Assembly (NCBI GenBank): GCA_000002445.1
Contig: CM000208.1
Location: forward strand, 800,001-864,000
DNA from: Trypanosoma brucei
Lineage: Eukaryota
Length of the DNA stretch: 64,000 nt
Direction: 5' to 3'
Part shown: positions 1 to 11,547 of the stretch, in pieces
Layout of the letters: every line of letters starts with the position of its first letter
Position numbering within the stretch: position 1 is the stretch's first letter
Notes under the pieces: model-generated
Databases searched by the model: none
Told to the model about the DNA's origin: nothing
What the model saw: only the letters and a program-made list of their open reading frames with translations
Program-made: the position numbers and the translations under genes

Positions 1-1486
1 CCATGCGAAACAGTTTGTGTTTCGCGTCTTTCCCACCTCCGACACGTTCGTTACCGGGGCATCTGAGAGTTTTGTCTGTCGTTGGTGGCACATATTTGCC
101 GTTGGTCGCTACCCCTGCTCCTTCTATCAGCATCTTGCCGTTTATCACTGGTGGAAGGGTTGGTCCCCATTCTGGGGCGTGCACCGCGTTCGAAAACTTT
201 TGATCCTTTCCCCCCTTGACAACAGTCTGGCTCCGTTATTTTTCTGGTTGTTGGAAACTTTTTTTGTAGATTGCTTTTGCCCTTGTTCTGATGTTTCTAT
301 TATTACTTGTTCCGTCATGGAAGCTTTCACACATCCTCCTCTGGCTCTGAAATCTCTTTGGCCCCTATCTGACAACCACTGCTCCGTGCTTCGCGTTGGC
401 CCTTGCCGCCGACTGGCGTGGAGTTCCGCACACCGCGTCGTTAGGACTGTTCCCACACTTTTTAGACTTGTAAAATCATTTTCACCATTCCCACCACGCT
501 TTTTTTTTTCCAGTGGTGACCAACCTGCCTTCCTCCGCCGGGAGGGATAACTTCGGCATGCACCTGGCATCATCTTTCCAACACCCGACCAAACAGTAAT
601 GCCAACAGTCGTCCATTGCTGCCGACAGGCCTGCGTACGGCGCTCCGCTGTGACACTTCAAGAAACCCCCCTGGAAATCGGCGCGGTCCGTGCCTCGTTT
701 TGCGGTTCGTCCTCCTTCGCCTGATCGCCCATGCGCTGGAGATTCCCATTCCTTCATTTACGTACCAGTCAGCAGGCGGCTCTCGCCCGCCACGTTCTTG
801 GGTATGCGTTCTCCCGGGCGAGGTGGCGAAAGCTAGCTCCCACTCCTGGGAATGGTGGCTCCTCCGGCACGTTTAGTTTTTCTGAGGTCTCCGCGTTCGC
901 GTTGAAGCCCGTCGGGAAGCGGACTGCCGTCGCACCAGTTTTTGCATTACGGTTGGGCGCTCCTACTGCGATTGGTTTTTCCGACTCTCCCGCACTTGTC
1001 GTCAATTTGGAGCCCCGCGCCGTTGCAAGCGGCGATGGGCGAACCACGCTGTTCCGTCGTGCCGAGGTCCCATGTTCTTGGAAGGACTCCTTTTTCGACG
1101 AGAAACGTCTCTTAGCAGGGAGCGTCGCATCACCTCAGAACGTCGGCACGGGGACGTGACGGAGGCTGATGGATCTTCCGTCGCAGTGTTACAACTAAAG
1201 GCGTATGTCCACTGGGGGCACGTTGCTTGACGGGTGCGGTGACACGTCGGTCGTTGGGTCTGATCGTTGTGAGACTGTTGCGGGCAGCGCACCGGTTCCC
1301 TGTGGAGGAGGGTAGAACGTGTCTTTGGCCTTCGTACAGGCGGCGCTTGACACCGACGCTACGAGGGAGTGGCCCATTTTTTAGTGATGCGTATCCTTGT
1401 CTGTTGGGCAGTTGGGGTGAAGAAGGGTCGAATGATGGCGCCTCCGTTGATTTTCTGCCTATACGTTCTTTCTGAAATTATTGACC

Positions 1487-1559
1487 GTTTCCTTTTCTTT
1501 ATACCTGATTGCTCATCCTTCGTGTGGCATATTTTTTTTCGCTTTAAATATTTTGGTAG
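1487..1559 (+). promoter_or_regulatory. Poly-pyrimidine tract plus AG dinucleotide, the candidate trans-splicing acceptor for the CDS at 1615
   Basis: 'ccttttctttatacctgattgctcatccttcgtgtggcatattttttttcgctttaaatattttggtag' lies directly upstream of the first ATG. This is the canonical kinetoplastid SL-addition signal. Confidence 0.5.
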
Positions 1560-1614
1560 GACATTAATAGACGGTACTATCTGCTATTGGTGGAGTTCTA
1601 AGGTAGCTGTAGTT

Positions 1615-2331
1615 ATGGACGCCGCAGATGCCACCGGAGGGGGCAGCGTAAAGCCATTGGCTGAATTAATTCAGCTAATCCGTGTCCGCGGTGGCGTTAC
1701 AAAGGAGTGTGCACGCCCTAGGCGTACTAACGATCATTCGAATGACCTTTGCGCTGTACCCTTTTCGTTACCTGTGTGGAAAAGGGCGCGAGGTCACAGT
1801 CCCCCAAGGGCCGCTTTACCAGTGAAGGAGTCGGTGTCAAGGCGACCTGAACTGTCAACAACAGTGAGAAGACGACGACGACGAATGGAAGGTTGCCATG
1901 CGGTGACTACGAGAAATGTTTCTACCTGTTCGGCTGACTTTCAGATTATGGAAAAATTATCAGTTGGGGCGTATCACTTGACGTACGTGCACGTCGATCT
2001 TTATCATCACGGGTTGAAACGTCTGATGGACGATGCGGTGCTTAGGACAAACCCGAAGAAAATCGTTGGACGCAAGTGCTGCTATTTAAAACCCGGCACA
2101 GATCTTGTGGTGACTGGTTGCGTAATTGAATTCACTAAGAATGATCTATCTGTGCAAGTGGCCCCGGATAAGGGCATTGACGTGGACGTGGAGTGGGTGA
2201 AGTTGGAGGATGTTTACGTCCCGGAAAACATTGATAAAGTGAGAGTACGTGTTTCCGATGAAGTGCGCTCGGGATTACAGAAAGTAAAAGAGGCTCCAAA
2301 AGAGATGAGGAGAAGGTTTGCTTCACAGTAA
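1615..2331 (+). CDS. Conserved hypothetical protein. The C-terminal part resembles a small beta-barrel (Tudor/Agenet-like) fold, which is weak.
   Basis: The ORF-track entry 1369..2331 starts at GTG. A poly-pyrimidine tract with AG at 1487-1559 precedes the first plausible ATG at 1615 (MDAADATGG...). The N-terminal 80 aa of the longer ORF is F/L-rich low complexity, typical of translated UTR. Compositionally coding, on the + strand like all neighbours. Confidence 0.5.
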   Translation: MDAADATGGGSVKPLAELIQLIRVRGGVTKECARPRRTNDHSNDLCAVPFSLPVWKRARGHSPPRAALPVKESVSRRPELSTTVRRRRRRMEGCHAVTTRNVSTCSADFQIMEKLSVGAYHLTYVHVDLYHHGLKRLMDDAVLRTNPKKIVGRKCCYLKPGTDLVVTGCVIEFTKNDLSVQVAPDKGIDVDVEWVKLEDVYVPENIDKVRVRVSDEVRSGLQKVKEAPKEMRRRFASQ

Positions 2332-5159
2332 TATTCTAATGGGCTGTACATCAAGTTCTATTGAAACGTGTGCAAGGAAGTGTTCACAAACGCACTAGTA
2401 GTCGAAAGTAATCCCTTTTAAATTAGATAAAACGTACCATACCTGTATGCCATTTACCCCTAATATGGAGCACCAACCCCCGTTGTGTGCATGGAAATGG
2501 CCCTTTGGTTACCCACTTGTATCCTTCCCTTGGGGAGGCATTCGATTGCAATATCGAAATATTTCCCTTATAAGTTTTTGCACCTTTCCGTGCAACGTTA
2601 TGTGTATGTATGGGGAAATTGGAAGCGTTGCAGCTGTTTTTGCGACGACGGTATTTCCACTAGTGTGATTCTGTAGTTAGTGGAATATTCACAGATGCTG
2701 TTTTTCAACTTTTTCTCTCTCATATATATATGTATGAGGGGGATCGGTTACTTTTCTATGAGTTTCTCCCCTCTACTAATCTGTTCACTCCACATCGGCT
2801 GTGCTGCTGCAAGTGTAAGTGATGGGGGTGGTGAGATGAAGTACCGCCTCTTGAGCTTCCAATGTGGATGACAATCACTGCCTGTGTAGCGAATTGCTGT
2901 ACATATGTATATGCGTGTGCATGTGTGTCTTGACCACCATAAGAAGTTTTCCCACTCCTTCGCATATTCTCATTCAGTTTTTCCTTACACCTACATCTCT
3001 GTTTTCGTTCACATTACGTTGTAAGGCTACTTGCTCCGGCGCTCGTCCTTTGTTGATTTGTACGGGACTATCACAAACATTTATTACATATAAGTATATA
3101 TATTTGTAAGAACCAGTCACAGTTTGCTATACGGGGCCGTACTACAGTGTCTATGCACTGTGGGCGCATTCGTCGTTGGATGGTGGTTACATGAGCGGAG
3201 CACATTAGTTTGGACTGTAGATATTGAAAGTTGTAAGAACCGTGGTATTTCAAGGAAAAGTTCGGGTTTAGTAAGCTGCATTCGGATTGTACTCCGCCTC
3301 ATTACGGGAGAGCTTCATTCGGCGGTTAATTGACTTCCGCGTTTTGACCCTCTTTTGTTATTTTACTGATGCTTTGTTTTAGCGGCGAGTGGTTGGCTGT
3401 GAAGCGCATAGCCATAAGAGTCTCATATAACTTAGACCCTCGCAACCTACTTTTCAAGTAGACCGTTTGAGCATTTTGTTTGGTGATGGAAGACATTAGC
3501 TTGCGCGGAAAGTGAGGAGATTAAGTCATAACCAGTGCTGGATGGTTTGTTGCGAAGCAACGGATCAGACTCCTGTATACGGCACCGATTTATTAGTTTT
3601 CAGGATATCGTAAATTGCTCCTCTTCAGTTGGGTGGTGCTTAATTTTCTTCAGGAGTCGCGAGCTTAATTTTGCACCATTCGTATGTTGTTTGCTCTTGT
3701 ATACGTTGTTCGTTTTTTTTTTTCGTGGGGATTCGGCGTAGAGATATCTGAGGAATGACAACAGCATGAATGAGTATGATGGATTTATGGCACTGTAAGT
3801 GTTACAAAATTATGGTGCACGTACGGTCAACCGCTGTCAGTCGACTAAAATGCCAGCACATGTTGTATAATCAGCACTTTCCTTTCCCCAATGGGATTTA
3901 TGTGAGTCCTGTGTCTCATCAGGAGGACTTTGCTGAGCCAACGGTAGACTCATTCGACACTTTATTTTTCTTTTTTTCCTGGGTGTCAAGATGGTAGGTG
4001 AAGGTGTGGAGAAAAGTGTACTCTCGGCGTGGGCACCCAAACTGCTGAAAGTATTTGCGTGACGACCCCTCCTCGTCGTAGCTATCACGGTTCCACAATC
4101 GTGATATTGCCAAAATACTGATTTTACGTAACAGCGATAGTGTGTTAACTATCTTAACTAAAGTTTTAATAAACCTAACTTCATTATTGCCACACTGCCT
4201 ACTTTATGTTCACCACTTTCGTTTTAACATTTTGATGTTGCACACGTTTTTGACGATGCGTACGAGGCAACTGGTTTAACTCACGGTGGGAAGGTGCTTA
4301 CACTGTGTGTGGTTTACGTTAGCGGAGTGCATCCATTTGTTCACCTGCTTTTGTCGTGGGGGTTCAGACTGCTTTCACTCAATGAGGGAGGGGGAAGGGG
4401 AATGTTGCCGTCTTAATTACTGGTTTCCCCTGCGTGGTTAACCTTACACTTCACGGAAAGGAAAATGTCTCCGACCACTCGTTTACACGGTAGCTGCCCC
4501 GTGATTTGCAACTTCAGAATTATGTCTGTTGTACACCTACGTTTTTTTCCTTGCATAGTTTGCTATGTGCACTTCATCGCCGGTTGGTACGTGTTGATAA
4601 GTTCATGGTTCGTTTATTGGCGAGGCATAGTTTGTGTGTTGGTAACTGTTGACATATTTTGTAGCTGTATAAGATGAAAGCTGTGTGATCGAAAGTTTTT
4701 CTGCCTCATTGATACTAGATTTTTTTGTGCCACATATATACAGGTTTTCTTGAAGATCTATTTTTTTTTTTTTTTGCGTTCTACTAATATCGTTTTTACT
4801 GCACATGAGCACTATTTTAGGTGTGAAGCACCAGCCGTTATGCACGGCTCGTATATACGAAGAGGGTGGGGACTTTATTCGCTTAAAGATGTTCTGGAGG
4901 ATATATCTGATTCACTCGTGCAAGCCTCTTACTGTCGACAAAACGTCGTACTGGGCGCTTGAGTCTAGGGTTTATTTTTTGCTTTTTCTTCGCCGATAAT
5001 GATAATAATAACACTTCTGCAGAGTTCCACCGAAGTTGTTCGTATACCTCCATAAGTGTTGCCACCGATACATTTGCAGTGTACCTCCGACGCATGCAAC
5101 GTCTCCTTCGCTCTTAGTAAAACATTTACCGAATCTTCTTTCGTTTTCACTACGAATAG

Positions 5160-6344
5160 ATGGGGATAGTCCGAGTACAGAGGCCGTTGTTGTGGCTGTT
5201 GGGTGCCGTGTTTTTGCTATGGGTTTTACGAAGACAGCGCCGATGCAGCCGATTTTTTGCTTCTTTAAAAACAAGTATTCTAAAGAAACTTACGTGCAAA
5301 CGTTTGGGGAGAAAACAACCCCGCGTGGCTGTCAGAAAAGTTGATCTATTTGTAGAGAAGGTGCTCGCCCAGGGAGGCTTACAAGACGTGGATAAGATAG
5401 TGGGTATTTTCCCGCGACACTTCGAGCTTGTAGGCCATGTGGTCGTGGTAAAACTCAACCGCGGAATAGCACGGGATGTCTTTGCACCGTATGCAAGGGC
5501 GCTGGCAGAATCCTTTTTTCCACGAGTTATTGACGTTGTGTTGTTGGATACCATGGGAATTGTCGGGGAGCTTCGGGAGCCCCACCTAGAAGTACTGTGG
5601 TCGAGTGCCACTTCCCACTTTAGTGTGAACGATAGTTTACTGAAAGTCACCAAGGAGCGAGTGCGCAAGGCATCGACCTTTACCTCAGAGGACGCGGAGT
5701 TGCTCGGCTCATGCGCAGAAGCGGTAACATTTACAACTCATGTCGAAAATGGGGTCCGGTATAGCTTTGATGCATGTAAGGTAATGTTCTGTAGTGGGAA
5801 TGTGACCGAGCGTATGCATTTTGCTTCCATCATAGCCAAGGATGAGGTGGTGGTTGATATGTTTGCTGGTATCGGTTATTTTACACTACCACTGGCCATC
5901 AATGGCGGTGTGAAAATTGTACATGCACTAGAAAAGAACAAATACAGTGCGTTGTATTTGGCATTTAACGCAGTTCAAAATAAAGTCAGTGATTTAATAG
6001 TAATTCATTGCGGCGACAATAGGGACGTGGGATCGGAGTTGTGTGGTCGGTGCGATCGAGTAATAATGGGTTATATACCATCGTGCGAGTCTTTTTTGCC
6101 CCGTGCTATTTCGTTTCTGAGGCGTTCGACGCGTGGGGAACCAATGGGGGTGGTTCATTATCATCTCCTTTCAGAGAAAGATCAGGTCATAAACACTGTA
6201 ACACATCACGTGCGGTCTACCTTGGATGAAGCAACTACATCGCTTATGCGTATCGTGAACTTTCGCATGGTGAAATCATATGCGCCGAAGCGTTTTCATT
6301 TTGTGGTTGACATGCATTTTAGCAGTTTACAGGAGCCGGAATAA
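5160..6344 (+). CDS. Class I SAM-dependent methyltransferase of the Met-10+/TRM5-TYW2 family (tRNA G37 modification or wybutosine pathway)
   Basis: True ATG start. Motif 'FELVGHVVVVKLN' resembles Trm5 'vGhiahlNl'. SAM motif I 'VVDMFAGIGYFTLPLA' is the hallmark Dx-FAG-xG-xF of Trm5/TYW2. 'DRVIMGYIP' lies at the position of the NLP catalytic motif. A poly-Y tract and AG sit immediately upstream (5125-5159). Confidence 0.65.
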   Translation: MGIVRVQRPLLWLLGAVFLLWVLRRQRRCSRFFASLKTSILKKLTCKRLGRKQPRVAVRKVDLFVEKVLAQGGLQDVDKIVGIFPRHFELVGHVVVVKLNRGIARDVFAPYARALAESFFPRVIDVVLLDTMGIVGELREPHLEVLWSSATSHFSVNDSLLKVTKERVRKASTFTSEDAELLGSCAEAVTFTTHVENGVRYSFDACKVMFCSGNVTERMHFASIIAKDEVVVDMFAGIGYFTLPLAINGGVKIVHALEKNKYSALYLAFNAVQNKVSDLIVIHCGDNRDVGSELCGRCDRVIMGYIPSCESFLPRAISFLRRSTRGEPMGVVHYHLLSEKDQVINTVTHHVRSTLDEATTSLMRIVNFRMVKSYAPKRFHFVVDMHFSSLQEPE

Positions 6345-6527
6345 GTCGCGGTCGTTTGGACGGTTGAGGAAATGGTATGTTGTGTGCTAGAGAGAATAAT
6401 AGGATGTATTAGCGTGACTATACTGTTTACATTGTTTCTTTTTTAACCTGTTTAACAACTTGTTCCTGCGGAAAGTCTTTTGTACCCACAAGTATCAATC
6501 TTCACAGTTGGTGTAAATCAAGTCATT

Positions 6528-9029
6528 ATGAGGTCGTTGGAGGTGCAGAAAGACTCCATATTGGCTGCAATAGTTATGGAATGCGTTAAAAATAAGCCAT
6601 CCAACACCAGTTATCACAGTTCTGTGTTGTACCAGCGCCTTAGTGCACCAGAGACACGGAATCTCGTTTACCAATGCTGTTTAGAGCTTGTCGACGATTC
6701 TCAACGGCGCCGAGATATAGGGCAATTGTTGCTGAACTACATTTCCAGCTTTCCACCCTCACAAACAACCCTGCAGGCGATTGCTAGTAAGTGTAAACCG
6801 CACGCAGCAAGTCGTTCCCCCTACAGCAGCATTTACCAGGAGTTGAAGGTAGTGGTTGAAACGTACCTGAACCACAAACCTCTTGGCTATATGCTTGGTC
6901 GTACACTCCAGCCTGAAAAGGAGAGCATCACATTTCGTCAAAGTGAGTTGAGCATTAATCCAGGTTACATTCAAAAGTGTAATCTGCAGCCGCCAGTGAC
7001 ACAGGGTACGGAAAAAGGCAAACACGTTGTTCCCTTTTCTGGCTGGTCTGATGATGATATCACCTCTACCGCAAGGGAAAAGAACAAGACGCGCAGTCGG
7101 CTGTGGACTGTCAAGTATCAAGTAGTTGGTTGCAAAGACTATGTCAATCAGTTGCCACTGGAATGTACTGAAACCCTTATTGAACAGCAAGTTCGCGTGC
7201 TCAATTCGTTCTGGGAAAAGTACAATACTAGCGTTGAGGTTGTTCGGGCTACGTCGTTTTTAATTAAACTTATGTGCGACGCGTATGTTTCAAAAATCCC
7301 CCTACAATCCAACTACTCATTCTTCCGTGCGGTAAGCATTTGTTATCTTCCAACATTGTTCGAGATGATGAGCAGTACTTACGCCTGCGTTCGTAGTCAC
7401 GTGTACGACATATTGTTGACTTTGGGCATGCACTTCCAGCTGGTTGACACACAAGGACTCTTCCCTGGTTGTACCGAGGCGTTGGAAGAGGAATTGATCT
7501 GGTTACTGCTGACAGTCCTTAGGAAGCAGTCCATGTGTGAGGGAGATGATGAGATGATATGGACGATAGCGGCGAAGTGCACAATTGTAGTGATACCCCG
7601 ACACAAACATCACCTTATTGACTGTCGGGCACTCTATCAGTTGATGAAACTTCCGACGGTTATCACGTTCCATCCTCATCTCTACACCACCTTTGCCGAG
7701 GCTTTTGCTAAGAGGGTGTTGAGGTGGGACCCGTCAGGTGATGATGCGGAGGACATGATCGCCCTGGATGAGGATGAGTTCAACAAATGCGGGAATCAAC
7801 CTGTCGCGAAGTTGCTCTTCCTGTACAGACAAGCAATGACATTAGGCGCGCGGCTAGCCTTTTTTCAGGTTCTCTTTACACATACGGTGATGGTGTTACA
7901 ATCCCGCGCAACGTTGCCGCGATTGTATCCACGAATATTAAGGCGATGCTACAGTGAGTTGGTAAGAGTGGGATTTCACTGGCATCTTCACTCGTTGCTT
8001 TTTTACCAGTCGCGCCAAGTTTTTCGTGAACTCCCTGGCCATATTACGTATGACATGGACGTTGAGGTTGTTAGGGATTACAAAATGGAAGTGACGGCAA
8101 TAGTACAGTGCATGTTGCAAACCGTTGAAGATAATGTGCGCCTTCCAGACGTTATAAGGAGCGCGTTTAGAAATGCGGTGGGAACGCGTGTGGAGGAGCG
8201 GACTGCCCTTGCCAGGGTGGTATCTGAATGCGTAACTTTGATTCCAGCTATGCTGAAAGAGGATACTGACGGCGTACTGTACAACATTGGGTGGCATACG
8301 GCACTATACTGTATGCGATTAAGCCGTGAAAAGTTGGATTCTGACGAGAGTGTAGCCTTGTTGGACAAATTGGCAACCAATCTGGTTTCCTTTTCTGAGT
8401 TTAAAGATCGCACGGAGCTCACAAAGATAAAGGGAGCTTGTCCAGATATATTAGCTGCGCTGATGTTCTTAGGTAGGAAACATCCCAACCAAGCTGTGGA
8501 GCCGTTCAGTATATTAATTGAAAAATTTCTCCATGACACTGCGGTAGTTGACAGCCAAAGCGTCATGCAATTGTACTACAGACTCTTTGGTTCCCTTGCC
8601 ATTCAGAATGGGCCGTTTAAGGGCGCTCAGCGGGCTGACATTTCGCAGTTGCTTTGCAGTGAGCAGCTTGTTACTGCGCAGCCCATTATAGACGGTATTG
8701 GTTCACGTGTATTGTGGGCCCTCTACCGTTCGCTCTGTACGGTGCAAACCGCTTCTGCCTGCCGGGCCCGCCACGTATTGGCTTCTTTTTTGGAGGAGTT
8801 GGATACTTCCGGTGGAAGCAGTCATTCCTACTCTTGGAAAACTATAATGGACGACCCATACCCCCCTGTGGCACTGATAGGTGCTCAAAGGATTCTGCAA
8901 ATGTGCGGCAGAACCGCCTACGACCGCTTCGACGAGGCAATGAACACACCAGAAAAAAGTGAAAAGTGTGACTCAGTGTACGTCCTCGCTCTCAAGGTCA
9001 TCCAATTAGCAGAGTCAAGGAAAGAGTGA
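6528..9029 (+). CDS. Large conserved hypothetical protein (833 aa), predicted alpha-helical
   Basis: Track ORF 6480..9029 begins with TTG. The first in-frame ATG is at 6528, after the poly-Y tract 6440-6480. The ORF is long and uninterrupted on the + strand. I recognise no domain. Confidence 0.6.
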   Translation: MRSLEVQKDSILAAIVMECVKNKPSNTSYHSSVLYQRLSAPETRNLVYQCCLELVDDSQRRRDIGQLLLNYISSFPPSQTTLQAIASKCKPHAASRSPYSSIYQELKVVVETYLNHKPLGYMLGRTLQPEKESITFRQSELSINPGYIQKCNLQPPVTQGTEKGKHVVPFSGWSDDDITSTAREKNKTRSRLWTVKYQVVGCKDYVNQLPLECTETLIEQQVRVLNSFWEKYNTSVEVVRATSFLIKLMCDAYVSKIPLQSNYSFFRAVSICYLPTLFEMMSSTYACVRSHVYDILLTLGMHFQLVDTQGLFPGCTEALEEELIWLLLTVLRKQSMCEGDDEMIWTIAAKCTIVVIPRHKHHLIDCRALYQLMKLPTVITFHPHLYTTFAEAFAKRVLRWDPSGDDAEDMIALDEDEFNKCGNQPVAKLLFLYRQAMTLGARLAFFQVLFTHTVMVLQSRATLPRLYPRILRRCYSELVRVGFHWHLHSLLFYQSRQVFRELPGHITYDMDVEVVRDYKMEVTAIVQCMLQTVEDNVRLPDVIRSAFRNAVGTRVEERTALARVVSECVTLIPAMLKEDTDGVLYNIGWHTALYCMRLSREKLDSDESVALLDKLATNLVSFSEFKDRTELTKIKGACPDILAALMFLGRKHPNQAVEPFSILIEKFLHDTAVVDSQSVMQLYYRLFGSLAIQNGPFKGAQRADISQLLCSEQLVTAQPIIDGIGSRVLWALYRSLCTVQTASACRARHVLASFLEELDTSGGSSHSYSWKTIMDDPYPPVALIGAQRILQMCGRTAYDRFDEAMNTPEKSEKCDSVYVLALKVIQLAESRKE

Positions 9030-9450
9030 TCATACGCTAGATGCAGCGGTGACCGTTTTGTCTTCATACCTTTCTTTATTCGTTCACTTTATGACCCTTA
9101 TTACTGCTGAGCTCATCGTTCTATAAGCTGCATGGAGCTTGCTGGAGTTGACCAGTAAAAAATTTTGCTTTCCTTATTTTCATGAGGGTGAAGACGCAGA
9201 AAGACGTAGAGGAACTGTATTCTTCCTTTTTCACCTGTGAACTGTTCTTTGAACTCTGTTTGTGGTGTAGCAAGCGGTTTACGACGAATTACTGTTGCAT
9301 AAATCTGGTGTTAAGTTCAAACCCCTAAGTCACTTTTAAAGAACTCTAATATTCAGGAAAGCGATATTCTGCGAGCGACTCCGTTGCTGCTGTCCGTGTA
9401 GTTGACGAAATTTAACGTATTAGGGCTTGCAGGGGTTCTCGACGCACTCA

Positions 9451-11547
9451 ATGGAGGGAAAGAGCGTAGTAGGTGGTTCTCACAAACTTGCTGATGGGAG
9501 TTCTTCCTGCGGCACGATTGGCGCAAACCCGGGTTATGCCGGTACAAGCACCCCGTTGGATGCCAGTTCTTCGTTGTATTTTGGGAAGGTAGTAGAGGAT
9601 GCCGTACCTGTGAGAGTTGAAGTTGGAGAAACCACCACACGACACACCGATCCACAGGGTGCGTCCGTTCCTCTGACCAGGAAGGCAACCGCTAAGGACC
9701 GTATAGCAGTAGAAAAGACATCGGATTTCGTATTTTGCGACGAATGTGGTCAAAACATTCCAGTCTCCGAGTGGGCGGATCACCGTGAACATCCGCGAGT
9801 GGTGGAACATGTTACCTCATGGGTGGGTAGATTGAACAAATTATTGATTCGTCTTTTCATCGATTTTTTCATGTGGGTGCTCATGAATATTTACTTTCGG
9901 GAGGTTGTGGTGGTTAACGAAAAGAGCATTCCAAAAACTGGTGGTGTTGTGTTTTATGGTAACCATCAGAATCAGTTTATCGATGCTATGATGATCCGTG
10001 CAAACTGCGGCAGGCCCGTGCGATTCGTTATGGCGGAGAAGTCGTTTCAGAGACCGATCATCGGTCTCTTCGGCCATATGACGGACGCAGTGCCGGTTAT
10101 AAGGCCGCAGGATGCTCCTCTCAACTCTGGTGAGGGGCGTCTTATTCGCATGGATGGAGATATGATTTATGGGGAGGGTACAAAGTTTACAATGTGTCTT
10201 TCCGACAGGGATGTCATAATATGGTACAGAGAGGATGTAAAGTGCACCGCACAGGTTTTGAAGATAAACTCTGACACGGTGCTGCAGTTAACTATGCCCG
10301 TTGCGGCATGTGATGCGGTGACTAAGCCTGTGGGGTTTCAAGTGTCTCGGCGCATCGACCACTCTGAAATGTACGCCAGCGTTTATCAGACGCTTCAGAG
10401 TGGGCAATGCATCGGCATCTTCCCAGAGGGTGGGTCGCATGACCGCACATCGCTGCTACCTCTCAAGGCAGGTGTCGCTTTATTTAGTCTCGGAGCGGCG
10501 GTGCGTGGCATAGACGTCAAGGTTGTGCCGTGCGGACTAACCTACTTTTACGGCCACAAGTTTCGCAGTCGGGCTCATGTTGAATTTGGCGAACCAATTA
10601 CACCCTCGGCGGAGGTTGTGGCGCTTTTCAACACTGACAAACGCAAGGCCACTGGCATTTTTTTGGAGCAACTAAACGAAGAACTACGCGGCTTTACCAT
10701 AAATGTGCCCAATATGAGTGCCCTAAACTTTCTTCATGGATTTCGACAGCTGTATCAACCACAAAATTGTATTTTGGCGACACGGGATCACCTACGTCTG
10801 ACGCGCCGTCTTAGTGTAATTATGGAGGAACAAAAGGGTAACCCAGAATTCATTGACTATCGAAGTAGAGTAGAAAACTATCAGGATTACTGTAATGCAC
10901 TGCTTGTTCGTGATAGCCAAGCGGCGACACTGGGGAAATTGGGATCTAATGAAGCGCGACAGCTTCACTTGATGTTTCGAAGGTGTTTTACTCTATTTTT
11001 GATGGGTGTTATTTTGGTACCGTTCTTTGTTGTTGGGCTCCCCATCGGTATTTTAGCAAAATCCTTATCTGAGAGGCACCGCAAGAAGGCCCTTTCGCAG
11101 AGTAATATAAAGATTGTAGGCACCGACGTAATGGGCTCGTACAAACTCATTGTAGGTTTTATCAGTGTGCCTGTCGTATTCTCAATTGTCTCAATTATCA
11201 CATACGTGTACACCGATCTCCGTACTGCGTTAACAGTCTCAGTTTGCCTTCCCATGACAATGTACGTTTCTCTGCTGATTCTCCAGGAGGCCGCAATTGA
11301 AATGCGAGCCGCTCTGCCCCTCTTCATGTCGTTGATATCCAAACACAAACAGTTTTGTAAACTGTACGAACGACGCCGTGCTTTAGTGGCATTGACTAAG
11401 GTGCTCGTGAAAAAGTGGGATCCCGAGTTAGAGGAGGAGTTGCAGCATTACGTACAGGAGTCTAAGCAGAGCATGAAACTGCGTGAACCGTCATTGTTTT
11501 CCTTGCGGCACGGCGGGCTGCGCCGGCTTGCGGATATCAAAAATTGA
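9451..11547 (+). CDS. Glycerol-3-phosphate / dihydroxyacetone-phosphate acyltransferase (GPAT/DHAPAT family, yeast SCT1/GPT2-like), putative
   Basis: Track start 9427 is TTG and the first ATG is 9451. Acyltransferase motif I 'GNHQNQFIDAMM' (H-x4-D) and motif III 'IGIFPEGGSHDR' are present. C-terminal hydrophobic segments (VILVPFFVVGLPIGILA and FISVPVVFSIVSIITYVY) are consistent with a membrane-bound GPAT. Confidence 0.75.
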   Translation: MEGKSVVGGSHKLADGSSSCGTIGANPGYAGTSTPLDASSSLYFGKVVEDAVPVRVEVGETTTRHTDPQGASVPLTRKATAKDRIAVEKTSDFVFCDECGQNIPVSEWADHREHPRVVEHVTSWVGRLNKLLIRLFIDFFMWVLMNIYFREVVVVNEKSIPKTGGVVFYGNHQNQFIDAMMIRANCGRPVRFVMAEKSFQRPIIGLFGHMTDAVPVIRPQDAPLNSGEGRLIRMDGDMIYGEGTKFTMCLSDRDVIIWYREDVKCTAQVLKINSDTVLQLTMPVAACDAVTKPVGFQVSRRIDHSEMYASVYQTLQSGQCIGIFPEGGSHDRTSLLPLKAGVALFSLGAAVRGIDVKVVPCGLTYFYGHKFRSRAHVEFGEPITPSAEVVALFNTDKRKATGIFLEQLNEELRGFTINVPNMSALNFLHGFRQLYQPQNCILATRDHLRLTRRLSVIMEEQKGNPEFIDYRSRVENYQDYCNALLVRDSQAATLGKLGSNEARQLHLMFRRCFTLFLMGVILVPFFVVGLPIGILAKSLSERHRKKALSQSNIKIVGTDVMGSYKLIVGFISVPVVFSIVSIITYVYTDLRTALTVSVCLPMTMYVSLLILQEAAIEMRAALPLFMSLISKHKQFCKLYERRRALVALTKVLVKKWDPELEEELQHYVQESKQSMKLREPSLFSLRHGGLRRLADIKN

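Noticed and set aside
2332-5159. Possible tRNA/snoRNA genes in the long gaps. I also scanned 27025-28557, 32294-36751, 42698-45393 and 61205-64000.
   Set aside because: I found no GGTTCGAAT-type T-loop with matching acceptor stem, and no convincing C-box (RUGAUGA)/D-box (CUGA) pairs at snoRNA spacing. Absence by eye is not proof, so this is flagged for computational scanning instead.
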